From NCBI GenBank assembly GCA_000990585.1, contig LBQD01000002.1:250408-314407 (forward strand): DNA of 64,000 nucleotides, in the 5' to 3' direction. The stretch is from Candidatus Moranbacteria bacterium GW2011_GWE2_35_2- (GTDB lineage Bacteria; Patescibacteriota; Minisyncoccia; Moranbacterales; UBA9337). Position 1 is the stretch's first letter; the number at the start of each line of letters is the position of its first letter. The notes beneath the pieces are model-generated. The model saw only the letters and a program-made list of their open reading frames with translations. It ran no database searches and was not told the origin of the DNA. The translations under genes and the position numbers were made by a program. This document shows positions 21,501 to 29,091 of the stretch, one piece after another.

Positions 21501-22130
21501 GTTGATGGAAGGGTAAAGGATATTATCAATGACGGAGGAAAATCAGTGATTATTCAGATCGAATCTTCCAATAAGAAGATGAAAGAATATCAAGTCCCGG
21601 TAAGTCTTACATTAAAAGTTGAAAAAGGAGAGATGGTTGGAAAGGGCACTCAATTAGTAGAAGGAAATGTCGACCTTAAAAAGCTGTACAAAATTCTTGG
21701 ACAAGAAGAGATGCATCGTTATATTATTCGAGAAATTCAAGAAATTTATGCTGCTCAAGGAGAAGGAATCAATGACAAGCATATTGAAGTTATTGTTCGT
21801 CAAATGATCAGCAGAATTAAGGTTGAAGATTCGGGAGATACTGCAATATTGGCGGGAGATATTATTGACAAAACATCTTTTAATATTGCTAATGAAGAGG
21901 CTAGGGCTGCGGGAAAGAAAATAGCCAAAGGAGAGACCGAAGTTTTGGGAATTACTCGCGTAGCTCTTTCAACTGAATCATTTCTTAGTGCCGCTTCTTT
22001 CATTGAAACCGCACGTGTTTTGATTGGAGCGTCGGTTGAAGGAAAAGAAGACAAACTTCGAGGGCTCAAAGAAAATGTTATTATCGGAAGATTGATTCCT
22101 GCTGGAACAGGATTTCGAAAGACCGAATAG
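18552..22130 (+). CDS. rpoC: DNA-directed RNA polymerase subunit beta'
   Basis: N-terminal zinc-binding CYCGKYK..CDKCGVEV, the NADFDGDQMAVHVP catalytic motif and the rest of the conserved beta' architecture. Confidence 0.95.
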   Translation: MEKNTKVSDFNSVRLKLASPEDILDWSHGEVTKPETINYRTQRYEKDGLFCEKIFGPHKDWECYCGKYKRIRYKGIVCDKCGVEVTRSVVRRERMGHIKLAVPVSHIWFLRGVPSKIGLALGMSYQELEKVVYFSAYLVTDVNEQAKNSALDQLEIENKKKQKEIKKSNQNDETKEEMLEELHSLYRSTKEDLKNLHYLQILSEMEYFNLSSSFAQVFSAGIGAEAVRSALENMNIPKTVEELKKEIDSEKTVDKKKILKRLKLLQGFEKAELKLEWMFPTIIPVIPPDLRPMVALDGGRFATSDLNDLYRRIINRNNRLKKLITLGAPEVITRNEKRMLQEAVDSLFDNSIRRGQASVAASTGQRRPLRSLADSLKGKQGRFRQNLLGKRVDYSGRSVIVVGPQLKLHQVGLPKKMALELFKPFIINKLIEKEYAFNIRTAGRMVEAETEEAYEILDEIIEHHYVLLNRAPTLHRLSIQAFQPVLIEGKAIRVHPMVCAAFNADFDGDQMAVHVPLTRKAREESANMMLSSKNLLKPASGDPIATPSLDIVLGIYYLTHIRSDAKKAVKIFSSIEEAILAYENAAVKINEPVKLLFEGEIIETSVGRILLNDTLPEQLRFVNRELTKKEIKELVSQMLETIGQDETARYIDLIKNLGFKAASKSGISWGMDDLKIPPEKAAIIKEHENKVSVVKNQFNMGLLTNEERRNKTIEIWNEAKNRITDVVRGSLDKEGPVYAMVYSKARGSESVVVQMTGMKGLMAGATGETIELPVKSSFKEGFNVLEYFMSTHGARKGMADTALRTATAGYLTRRLVDVSQDVIIQEEDCKDKEGIYLYREDSDKIGQSFASRVGGRVVLDAVVDPNTGGTIVAKGELVSKMQALEIEKLKIEKVKIRSVVSCKSKKGICRKCYGVDLGRGKLVEIGEAVGVVAAQAIGEPGTQLTMRTFHIGGVAGSDITQGLPRVEEIFEARPPKGEALISEVDGRVKDIINDGGKSVIIQIESSNKKMKEYQVPVSLTLKVEKGEMVGKGTQLVEGNVDLKKLYKILGQEEMHRYIIREIQEIYAAQGEGINDKHIEVIVRQMISRIKVEDSGDTAILAGDIIDKTSFNIANEEARAAGKKIAKGETEVLGITRVALSTESFLSAASFIETARVLIGASVEGKEDKLRGLKENVIIGRLIPAGTGFRKTE

Positions 22131-22156
22131 TTAAGAAGATACTTTTAGATAAAAAA

Positions 22157-22186
22157 CACTTCGACTAAAAATCGAGGTGTTTTTTG
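22157..22186 (+). terminator. Rho-independent terminator after rpoC
   Basis: 8-bp stem CACTTCGA/TCGAGGTG (one G-U wobble), loop ctaaaaa, followed by TTTTTT. Confidence 0.6.
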
Positions 22187-22210
22187 AGTTATCCACAGAG
22201 AAGATGGTTG

Positions 22211-22252
22211 CAGTGATTATTATGCACTGTTATAATATCAGTGTAATAATCA
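22211..22252. promoter_or_regulatory. Overlapping dyad-symmetry operator candidate (CAGTG-N9-CACTG-N9-CAGTG; also TGATTATTA...TAATAATCA) with an embedded TATAAT, upstream of lexA
   Basis: Read directly from the sequence: gCAGTGattattatgCACTGttataatatCAGTGtaataatca. Lies 15-55 nt upstream of the lexA ATG at 22267. Confidence 0.45.
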
Positions 22253-22266
22253 TTAAAATAAAAAAT

Positions 22267-22926
22267 ATGAAACTAACGGGAAAACAGCAATCAATCTTGG
22301 AATCTGTTCGCGAGTATGTTGAACAGCGAAGAGAAAATCCAACTAGTTATCGATTACAAAAATATTTGTCAGATATGGGGGTGGGCGATAGCCTTAAATC
22401 GGTGATGCAAGTAATTGAGGCATTGGAAAAGAAGGGATTGGTAAAAAGAGATGAAAAGAGAAAATTATATATAGTGGAAAATAAAAGATATGCCAATTGG
22501 AAAAATATTTTTTCCATTCCGATATATGGTTTGGCATCTTGCGGAGAAGCATTAGCTTATGCGGAAGATAATGTTGACGGATATTTGCAAATTTCCAAAA
22601 GTCTTTTTCGCAAAACTGAGCCGGCAAAACTTTTTGCCGTCAAAGCATTGGGAGATTCGATGGATAAAGAGAAAATCAATGATGGGGATTATGTGGTTTT
22701 TGAAAAATATGAAAATCAGGGAGATTTGGAAGGGAAAATCGTGGTGGCAGTTATCAACGGAATGGCAACAATTAAGAGGTTTAAGAAGGTTGGTGGCGGA
22801 ATAATCGGACTTTTTCCGAATTCCGCCAATAAAAGCCATCAGCCTATTTTTATTCATCAAAGCGATTCAGTTATGATTGCCGGAGTTTTTAAAAGAGTAT
22901 TGCCGGTAAAATATGTAAGTTTGTAA
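22267..22926 (+). CDS. lexA: LexA-like SOS repressor (N-terminal wHTH plus C-terminal S24 peptidase domain)
   Basis: N-terminus MKLTGKQQSILESVREYV.. fits the LexA DNA-binding domain. Candidate cleavage region is GLASCGEA. S24 catalytic motifs are present: GDSM (Ser) and a Lys in TIKRF. The track ORF starts at a GTG inside the rpoC terminator (22177); the ATG at 22267 is the more likely start. Confidence 0.75.
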   Translation: MKLTGKQQSILESVREYVEQRRENPTSYRLQKYLSDMGVGDSLKSVMQVIEALEKKGLVKRDEKRKLYIVENKRYANWKNIFSIPIYGLASCGEALAYAEDNVDGYLQISKSLFRKTEPAKLFAVKALGDSMDKEKINDGDYVVFEKYENQGDLEGKIVVAVINGMATIKRFKKVGGGIIGLFPNSANKSHQPIFIHQSDSVMIAGVFKRVLPVKYVSL

Positions 22927-22930
22927 AAAT

Positions 22931-23155
22931 ATGAAAAAAATATATAAACAAAGTACCGATAGTTGGTATTTGGAAAGAATTGTTTTTTTGGTGTCGGGAG
23001 TTTTTATTGTTATTTCATCAGTTTTAACGCTAGTAGGTTTTTCCGGATGGGTGTATTTTACTTTTTTGATTGGGATAATGTTGATAAATTTCGCTTTTTT
23101 TGGATATTGCCCGATGGCAATTTTACTATCAAAAAACGGAGTTAAAGAGAAGTAA
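22931..23155 (+). CDS. Small two-TM membrane protein, DUF2892/YgaP-C-like (G-x-CP motif)
   Basis: 74 aa with two hydrophobic helices and the motif FFGYCPMAILL. Confidence 0.45.
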   Translation: MKKIYKQSTDSWYLERIVFLVSGVFIVISSVLTLVGFSGWVYFTFLIGIMLINFAFFGYCPMAILLSKNGVKEK

Positions 23156-23184
23156 AAATTATAAAAAAATCCCTTATTTAAGCC

Positions 23185-23214
23185 AAAAGTCGACACTTGC
23201 TGTTGACTTTTTTG
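23185..23214 (+). terminator. Candidate rho-independent terminator
   Basis: Hairpin AAAAGTCGACA / TGTTGACTTTT (one mismatch) followed by a T-run. Confidence 0.4.
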
Positions 23215-23380
23215 CTTAGATGTGCTAGTATAGACAGTTGAATATAGATAGTAATATCTTTATCCAACCCAGTATTTAGACGAGTTCTTAGACAAACTGG
23301 ACAGTCTCAGACCAAAGGTTTTTCCAAGTAGTTTGAGCCATTCGGGATGCGTTCTCGAATGATAACTATTAAAGCATTTT

Positions 23381-23923
23381 TTGATGCGTATAATTAGTAT
23401 TTTCCTGAGCGTGCCTGTGCTTTGGATGATGATTTTTCCTCAAACAGCCTTGGCTGCGCCAGAAGATAATACTAATACAAAAACAGAAAATAAAAATATT
23501 TCAGAAGAAGTAAAAATTCCCTACAATTATTTTGGTTACCAACCGGTAAAAGTGAAAACCCGGGAAGAAATCAAGAATGATTTGGCATTAGCCAGATGGA
23601 GAAGAAAACAGTCTCATTTGTGGTTAAATTTGCCGAAAGGGGAATTTACAATTAACGCTTCCGCATATACGGCAGCCGCTGATGAATGTGGTAAGTCTGA
23701 TGGAATTACTGCTAGTGGACTCAAGGTTTCCGAAAAAAGAACTTTGGCTTGTCCGCCTAATTTCCCTTTTGGGGCTAAAATTCAGATTGATGGAATGGGT
23801 GTATATAGTTGCGAGGACCGCGGAGGAGCGATTAAGGGTAACCATATAGATATTTATATGGAGACCAAAACCGAGGCGTTTGCTTTCGGAAGAAGAAATT
23901 TGATTGCTCAGGTCGTGCAATAA
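23381..23923 (+). CDS. Secreted 3D-domain protein (MltA/YuiC-like cell-wall-binding/lytic domain)
   Basis: Signal peptide present. C-terminal 3D-domain signature SAYTAAADECGKSDGITASG...ACPPNFPFGAKIQI..YSCEDRGGAIKGNHIDIYM with the three conserved Asp residues. Confidence 0.65.
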   Translation: MMRIISIFLSVPVLWMMIFPQTALAAPEDNTNTKTENKNISEEVKIPYNYFGYQPVKVKTREEIKNDLALARWRRKQSHLWLNLPKGEFTINASAYTAAADECGKSDGITASGLKVSEKRTLACPPNFPFGAKIQIDGMGVYSCEDRGGAIKGNHIDIYMETKTEAFAFGRRNLIAQVVQ

Positions 23924-23953
23924 AAATAAATAAAGGATGGTTTAAATAGAAAA

Positions 23954-23978
23954 CCCCGACGTAACGTCGGGGTTTTTC
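23954..23978 (+). terminator. Rho-independent terminator
   Basis: CCCCGACG-taa-CGTCGGGG perfect GC-rich hairpin followed by TTTTT. Confidence 0.8.
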
Positions 23979-24019
23979 GTTGACTGCGTGGTAATTTTTT
24001 GGTAGGATACTTTACAGAT

Positions 24020-24090
24020 GGTCCGATGGCGGAGTGGTTACGCAACGGTCTGCAAAACCGTGTACGCCGGTTCAATTCCGGCTCGGACCT
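24020..24090 (+). tRNA. tRNA-Cys (anticodon GCA)
   Basis: Acceptor stem GGTCCGA/TCGGACC, anticodon stem ACGGT/ACCGT with loop CTGCAAA, T-arm GCCGG-TTCAATT-CCGGC. No encoded CCA. Confidence 0.8.
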
Positions 24091-24103
24091 CGTTTTAAAA
24101 TAT

Positions 24104-24187
24104 GCCGCGGTGATGAAATTGGTATACATAGGAGACTTAAAATCTCCCGGTAGTGATACCGTGTGGGTTCGAGTCCCGCCCGCGGCA
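24104..24187 (+). tRNA. tRNA-Leu (anticodon TAA) with long variable arm
   Basis: Acceptor GCCGCGG/CCGCGGC, anticodon stem GGAGA/TCTCC with loop CTTAAAA, long variable arm, T-loop TTCGAGT. Confidence 0.8.
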
Positions 24188-24197
24188 CATATTGCAA

Positions 24198-24785
24198 TTA
24201 TTTTTCTTTCTTTATTTTCTCCAAAACTTCGGGGATTTTTTTGAAGTCTTGGATGAGAGTTTGGCGTATGTTTCCGTTATACAGGGCGGCGGCAGGGTGG
24301 TAAAGGGTGAAAAAATTTCTTTCTCCCAGTCCTTTGATTTTTCGAACAAATAATTTTCCGTGCGCCTCGGATATTTTTTCTTCGGAAATGAAGCGTTCCA
24401 TTGAATGGCGCCCAAGTGTGATGATTATTTTCGGATTAATTATTTTTACTTGTTGTTCTAGCCACGGCCAGCAAAGTTTGATTTCTTCTGGAAGAGGATC
24501 ACGATTTTTTGGCGGTCGACACTTGCAAACATTGGCAATGTAAACGTCTTCACGCTTAAGTTTGATGACTGCAAGCATTTCATTTAAAAATTTTCCGGCG
24601 GCGCCGACAAACGGGCGCCCAGTTTCATCTTCTTTTTTTCCGGGAGCTTCTCCGACAAACATAATTTTCGCGTTAGGGTTGCCTTCACCAAAAACCACAC
24701 GCGAGCAGTTTTTTCGCAAAGAGCATTTTGAACATTTCGACATTTTTTCATTCAGTTTGCCTAATTGTTCTTGTTTGGATGGCAT
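24198..24785 (-). CDS. Uracil-DNA glycosylase, family 4 (4Fe-4S type)
   Basis: Motifs GEGNPNAKIMFVGEAPG and HPAAALY, plus Cys residues for the Fe-S cluster (CSKCSL..C, CRPP). Confidence 0.8.
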   Translation of the reverse strand: MPSKQEQLGKLNEKMSKCSKCSLRKNCSRVVFGEGNPNAKIMFVGEAPGKKEDETGRPFVGAAGKFLNEMLAVIKLKREDVYIANVCKCRPPKNRDPLPEEIKLCWPWLEQQVKIINPKIIITLGRHSMERFISEEKISEAHGKLFVRKIKGLGERNFFTLYHPAAALYNGNIRQTLIQDFKKIPEVLEKIKKEK

Positions 24786-24792
24786 ATTATTT

Positions 24793-25341
24793 TCATTTCA
24801 AATCATGAACGCGAATCAAATCAAATTTGTTATTTTCTATATTCCAAATGGCAAAAGTTGGCGGGAAAATTTCTCCGGCGACGTTGCCGGGATTGAGCAT
24901 TGTGCAATTGCCCACTTTCTCTGTCCAGGGTTTGTGCGTATGTCCGTAAAAAACGAAATCATATTTTCCGCTCTCGCAAAGCTTTTTGGCAATGTCCGGG
25001 AAATGAACAAAGGCTGTTTTCTTCCTATCAATGGAGGTTTCTCCATGATTTTTGAATAATTTGGCGTTTTTGTATTTTGGAATAAACTCAAAATTTTCAA
25101 GCTGTCCGTCGTCCATATTTCCGAAAGTAAAAAAAATCTCGCCGGAAAAATTGTCGCACAAAAAATCCAAAGTTTCCTCGGAAGCCAAATCCCCGCAACA
25201 GATTATTTTTTTAATTGAATTTCGAGCGCAATAATCCAAAACCTTTTTTAAATTGGTTTCATTGTTATGGATGTCGGAAATGATAGCGATTTTTGTGCTC
25301 GAAGTAAATATATTTTTTTTCATATGTTTAAATTTTAGCAA
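24793..25341 (-). CDS. Metallophosphoesterase (YfcE/MJ0936-like phosphodiesterase)
   Basis: Motifs ISDIHNN, CCGDL, GNMD and YGHTH of the calcineurin-like phosphoesterase family. Confidence 0.7.
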   Translation of the reverse strand: MLKFKHMKKNIFTSSTKIAIISDIHNNETNLKKVLDYCARNSIKKIICCGDLASEETLDFLCDNFSGEIFFTFGNMDDGQLENFEFIPKYKNAKLFKNHGETSIDRKKTAFVHFPDIAKKLCESGKYDFVFYGHTHKPWTEKVGNCTMLNPGNVAGEIFPPTFAIWNIENNKFDLIRVHDLK

Positions 25342-25402
25342 GAATTTTTTTGTTTTTCCAGTATTTTTACATATTTCTTAACTTTATCCACAGCATTTTA
25401 AT

Positions 25403-25723
25403 TTGTCAGAAAGCTTTTTTTGGGGTATTATTAGTGGAAATATTGGCGCAACAAAATATTGCGATGCGGCAGGAAATAATTGCAAGGCGATAACGGAGAT
25501 GAGTAATGGAACTGTTAGTGTAGTAAATGAAGGGAGAATACCTGCTAATGGTAGTTTTGGTTCATCTGGTCCGAAAAATTTAGGAGTTCATGATTTTTGT
25601 TTTTTTACTGATTTAACTTATAGTAGTGATGCTGGTCAATGTCGACTTTATAAAAGTGGATCGAATTGGTACATTCAGAGTTATTTAGGTGCTAGGTGTG
25701 GTGCTTATTGTGCTGATATCTAA
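25403..25723 (+). CDS. Hypothetical Cys-rich small protein (106 aa, TTG start in the track); doubtful gene
   Basis: Non-repetitive sequence with 6 Cys. No ATG start with an RBS. Lies next to palindrome copy 1. Confidence 0.2.
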   Translation: MSESFFWGIISGNIGATKYCDAAGNNCKAITEMSNGTVSVVNEGRIPANGSFGSSGPKNLGVHDFCFFTDLTYSSDAGQCRLYKSGSNWYIQSYLGARCGAYCADI

Positions 25724-25774
25724 TATTTTACCTGGAATAATTGTAATAGTAATAGTTTAGTCTTGTTTTGTTTT

Positions 25775-25809
25775 TTAATCAAGATATGGCAATTGCAATA
25801 TCTTGATTA
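25775..25809. promoter_or_regulatory. Palindromic motif copy 1: TTAATCAAGATATGGC-AATT-GCAATATCTTGATTA (15-bp arms, one mismatch)
   Basis: Read directly from the sequence. The core GCAATTGC is flanked by TTAATCAA / TTGATTAA. Confidence 0.6.
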
Positions 25810-25874
25810 GATAGATTGTGGGGAAAATTATTATTTTTTGGATTTTTTATTCAGGTTAAATGATAACATTTTAA

Positions 25875-26537
25875 TCACAAATTGAAAAATTCTTCAATTT
25901 TTTCTTGGTGTAAAAGTTTTTCCGCGGTTATAATCTCGATGTTTTTTTGGACATTGAAAAGTTCGGAAATAAATAGGATTTCATCTTCGCATTCATAAGG
26001 ATAAACCCATACGCTTTTTTGTATTTGGTAGAATCCCAATTCTTTGATTTTTCTTCTCAATGCTTCGCGCGCTTGGTGGTATCTTTTCGGTTTGGCTGGA
26101 ATATCAAAAATCAAGATTCGCCATTTTTTGTCCCATTTTTTCGGTTTTGCGATATCTAAAAGATCAAAGGAAAATTCTTTGATTCTTTTTTGTCCCTTAT
26201 TGGTTAAGCGTACTTCGTATTTTTCTTTTCCTATTTTAATAATCTCAATTAATTTTCTTTGTTTCAAGTTATTGAAAGCGGTTTGTATTTGTTTCTTGGA
26301 ATATTTCTTGTGTTTTTTGAATTTTCCCATTCCGGAAAGTATATTCGGAGCGGCTGCCGCGACAACGAAAAGGGGAGCGGCGAGAACGGCAGCCAGTAAA
26401 AATTTTCCGGCAGTGGCAGTAATGCCGTCATTATACAAAAATTTATCTTCAATTGTCTTTTTGATGTTAATTACTTCTTTTCTCTTTTTTGTTTGTTTTT
26501 TTTGCATGATTATATTTTTTGGTTTCCGATAATGCAA
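25875..26537 (-). CDS. Membrane-anchored PaaX-family-like transcriptional regulator (wHTH plus PaaX C-terminal domain)
   Basis: N-terminal Ala-rich hydrophobic helix. wHTH-like region EVRLTNKGQKRI. C-terminal WDKKWRILIFDIPAKPKRYHQAREALRRKIKELGFYQIQKSVWVYP matches the PaaX C-terminal pattern (W..YDIP...R..LR..L..LGFG.L..SVW..P). The track start is a TTG; an ATG 10 codons in (near 26507) is more likely. Confidence 0.5.
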   Translation of the reverse strand: MHYRKPKNIIMQKKQTKKRKEVINIKKTIEDKFLYNDGITATAGKFLLAAVLAAPLFVVAAAAPNILSGMGKFKKHKKYSKKQIQTAFNNLKQRKLIEIIKIGKEKYEVRLTNKGQKRIKEFSFDLLDIAKPKKWDKKWRILIFDIPAKPKRYHQAREALRRKIKELGFYQIQKSVWVYPYECEDEILFISELFNVQKNIEIITAEKLLHQEKIEEFFNL

Positions 26538-26545
26538 ATAATTGT

Positions 26546-26581
26546 TTAATCAATCTATGGCAATTGCGAATAATTGATTAA
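26546..26581. promoter_or_regulatory. Palindromic motif copy 2 (TTAATCAATCTATGGCAATTGCGAATAATTGATTAA) immediately upstream of the PaaX-like gene
   Basis: Same GCAATTGC core and TTAATCAA/TTGATTAA ends as copy 1. Confidence 0.55.
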
Positions 26582-26652
26582 CTCTTCCATGGTTGATTTT
26601 TTTAAAAATAGTTCTGAGAAAATATATTAAACTTAATGCAATTATACATTCT

Positions 26653-26686
26653 TAATCAAAATATTGCAATTGCCACAGATTGATTA
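26653..26686. promoter_or_regulatory. Palindromic motif copy 3 (TTAATCAAAATATTGCAATTGCCACAGATTGATTA)
   Basis: Same architecture as copies 1 and 2, about 105 bp further upstream of the regulator gene. Confidence 0.55.
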
Positions 26687-26720
26687 TTAAAGGTGATTTA
26701 TGGAAAGTATTTTTTTTATT

Positions 26721-27557
26721 TCATTTTTGATTGATATTATTGCGCAATGATTTTAAGAGTTGGATGTCTTCTTTGACTTTTTCGTGTTCGGTTTCGAGGA
26801 TTAGGTTGATGTTATTTTCTTCGGCGAATTTTATTATTTTTTCAAAAGCTTTCATTCCGATTTCTCCTTTTCCGATGTGTTCATGGCGGTCGATGTGAGA
26901 GGCGCAATCAGATTTGCTGTCATTGGCATGGATCAGTTTAACTTTTTCCAAGCCAATTTCTTGGTCGATTTTTTTGAGGGTATTCTCAAAATCCCGCCAG
27001 TCGTATCCGCTGGCGAAACTGTGCTGGGTGTCCAGGCAAATTCCGTTGAGTTTCGGGTGGTTTACGTTTTTGATTATTTCGGATATTTGCGAAAAAGTCG
27101 CACCAATAATTTTTCCTGCTCCCGCGCTATTTTCAATAAGAAGTTCGGCGGATCCGTCATAATTGTTTAATGTTTTGGTCAACATTTCGGAAACTTTTTT
27201 TGTGGCTTCTTGTTCGGAAAGTTCGCCGGCACTGCCAAGATGAGTCATTACATATTTTGCTCCCAGAAGACTGGCACGTTCCAGTTCATCGCGTACAACG
27301 CTTGCGCTGCCATAGCGGATACGATTATTGGTGGAAGTGAAATTGATGTAGTAGGGAGTATGGATATATATTGTGGAAATTTTAAATTTTAAATTTTCAG
27401 TTTTAAATGACAGGATGATATTTTTTGTAAGTTCAAGGGCTTTGCCGCCTTGCGGTGAGCGAGTAAAAATTTGCATTATTTCACACTTCAAATCCGCTGC
27501 TCTTTGGGGAGCTTTATTAATTCCTCCGGCAATAGAAATATGGCAACCTATTTTCAT
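26721..27557 (-). CDS. nfo: Endonuclease IV (AP endonuclease, xylose-isomerase-like TIM barrel)
   Basis: Conserved His/Asp/Glu metal-ligand blocks: HxxY early, LLIEN, CLDTxH and ILETE. Confidence 0.85.
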   Translation of the reverse strand: MKIGCHISIAGGINKAPQRAADLKCEIMQIFTRSPQGGKALELTKNIILSFKTENLKFKISTIYIHTPYYINFTSTNNRIRYGSASVVRDELERASLLGAKYVMTHLGSAGELSEQEATKKVSEMLTKTLNNYDGSAELLIENSAGAGKIIGATFSQISEIIKNVNHPKLNGICLDTQHSFASGYDWRDFENTLKKIDQEIGLEKVKLIHANDSKSDCASHIDRHEHIGKGEIGMKAFEKIIKFAEENNINLILETEHEKVKEDIQLLKSLRNNINQK

Positions 27558-27743
27558 AGTAGAAAGATTAATATTTATAAATATATCTTAGCATAAAATA
27601 ATAAAAAATCTTTTTATAAAGCTGCTCTAATTTCTAATTTATAATTTCTAATTTCTAAACAAGTTCTAATTTAGTAATGAATTAATTTTTAAATTTAATT
27701 ATTGAAAATTGCTTGAAAATTGAAAATTGTGAATTGAAAATTT

Positions 27744-28706
27744 TTAGATTATTTTCCATCCGCTTGCATCTTCTACTATTTTTCCTTTTATTTCAAATCC
27801 GCTGGCGAGCTTGTGTCCGCCACCACCAAAAAGATGGGCGATTTCAGAAACGTCAATGCCCTTATATTGTTCACTGCGAAGACTTCCTTTAATGGTTTTA
27901 TTATCTCGCTGAGACAGGACAAGTGAAAAGCTGGTGCCTGGAACGGCATTAAGAATTGAAGCGATTTGCGCAATATCATCAGTTGAAGCTTCACATTGTT
28001 TTATATCTTCTTGTGTGAGGACGGTGACAATCATTTTGTTTTTCGGATTGATGCGAGCTTTTTCAAAAGCTCTTCCCCAAAGCTTAAGAGTGGTTATTTT
28101 TTTGTTGGAGAATACTGAGCCGACTATTTTGGAAACGGAGGCTCCTTTTTTAATAAGTTTGGAGGCGATTTCCATTACGTCAGCGGTAGTATTGGAGTGC
28201 TGAAGATTTCCTGTATCGCTGATTATGCCTAATAGTAAACAATTGGCAATTTTTAAATTTGTTTCGGCATTTATTGAAACTAAAAATTTATAAATAATTT
28301 CGCAAACAGAAGAATATTGCGAATCAACAATCCGCAAGTCGGCTGTCAGTGTGATATCCGGATGATGGTCGATAATAATGGAAACTTGTTTAGGATTAAG
28401 TAGCGGATATATTTTTTCAAATCCGCGTTCAACGCTATCACAGGCGATTATGGAATCGTATGAATTTATATTCAGATTATCCGGATAATTGAATTTTCCC
28501 GGAACTATTTCTGCTAGATATTCTGGAAACGGGTCAAAGCAGGCGATATCGATATGCTTTCCCAGTTTTTTCAGATATTCTTGTAATGCCAAAACAGATC
28601 CAACGGTATCTCCGTCCGGACGACTATGAGCAAAAAGAAGTATTCGTGAAGAATTCTCGATTATATATTGAAGAGTTTTAAATTCAGTGCTGAATTCATT
28701 TTTCAT
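27744..28706 (-). CDS. nrnA: DHH-family phosphoesterase NrnA-like (oligoribonuclease/pAp phosphatase)
   Basis: Motifs HSRPDGDTVGS, IIIDHHP and GGGGH (DHHA1). Confidence 0.8.
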   Translation of the reverse strand: MKNEFSTEFKTLQYIIENSSRILLFAHSRPDGDTVGSVLALQEYLKKLGKHIDIACFDPFPEYLAEIVPGKFNYPDNLNINSYDSIIACDSVERGFEKIYPLLNPKQVSIIIDHHPDITLTADLRIVDSQYSSVCEIIYKFLVSINAETNLKIANCLLLGIISDTGNLQHSNTTADVMEIASKLIKKGASVSKIVGSVFSNKKITTLKLWGRAFEKARINPKNKMIVTVLTQEDIKQCEASTDDIAQIASILNAVPGTSFSLVLSQRDNKTIKGSLRSEQYKGIDVSEIAHLFGGGGHKLASGFEIKGKIVEDASGWKII

Positions 28707-28755
28707 CGGTTGCTATGTAAGAGACTTTTCGGACAACTCACAATTCAAGTGGCTG

Positions 28756-29085
28756 TTAAATTTTCTTTAATATTTTTTCAATTGCATCAGCTTCCGCTTT
28801 GGTGGCGTCCGGTTTGAATCTTATTTTAGGGATAATTCTTGTCGGCATTTTTCGGTTTAATGAGCCTTGTATGGCATATATCTCCTTTTTGAGAGTATTT
28901 ATGACATAGGCAGTTTCTTTTTCCGGAAAGATGCTGACAGACACTTGAGAGTAGCGCAAATCACTGCTCGTGTCAACTTTGGAGACAGTCACTAAAACTC
29001 CTGGCTTAAGGCTAAGTTGGCGGGAAATAATTTCAGAAATATGTTTACTTATCAGGCTATTGATTTTTTCAACGCGCAAAGACAT
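28756..29085 (-). CDS. rbfA: Ribosome-binding factor A
   Basis: 109 aa KH-like protein with RbfA-like conserved positions, immediately downstream of infB, which is the conserved gene order. Confidence 0.75.
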   Translation of the reverse strand: MSLRVEKINSLISKHISEIISRQLSLKPGVLVTVSKVDTSSDLRYSQVSVSIFPEKETAYVINTLKKEIYAIQGSLNRKMPTRIIPKIRFKPDATKAEADAIEKILKKI

Positions 29086-29091
29086 AATTTT

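Noticed and set aside
25775-25809. Palindrome copy 1 as a bidirectional intrinsic terminator
   Set aside because: There is no U-run on either strand after the stem. It is more consistent with a protein-binding or recombination site.
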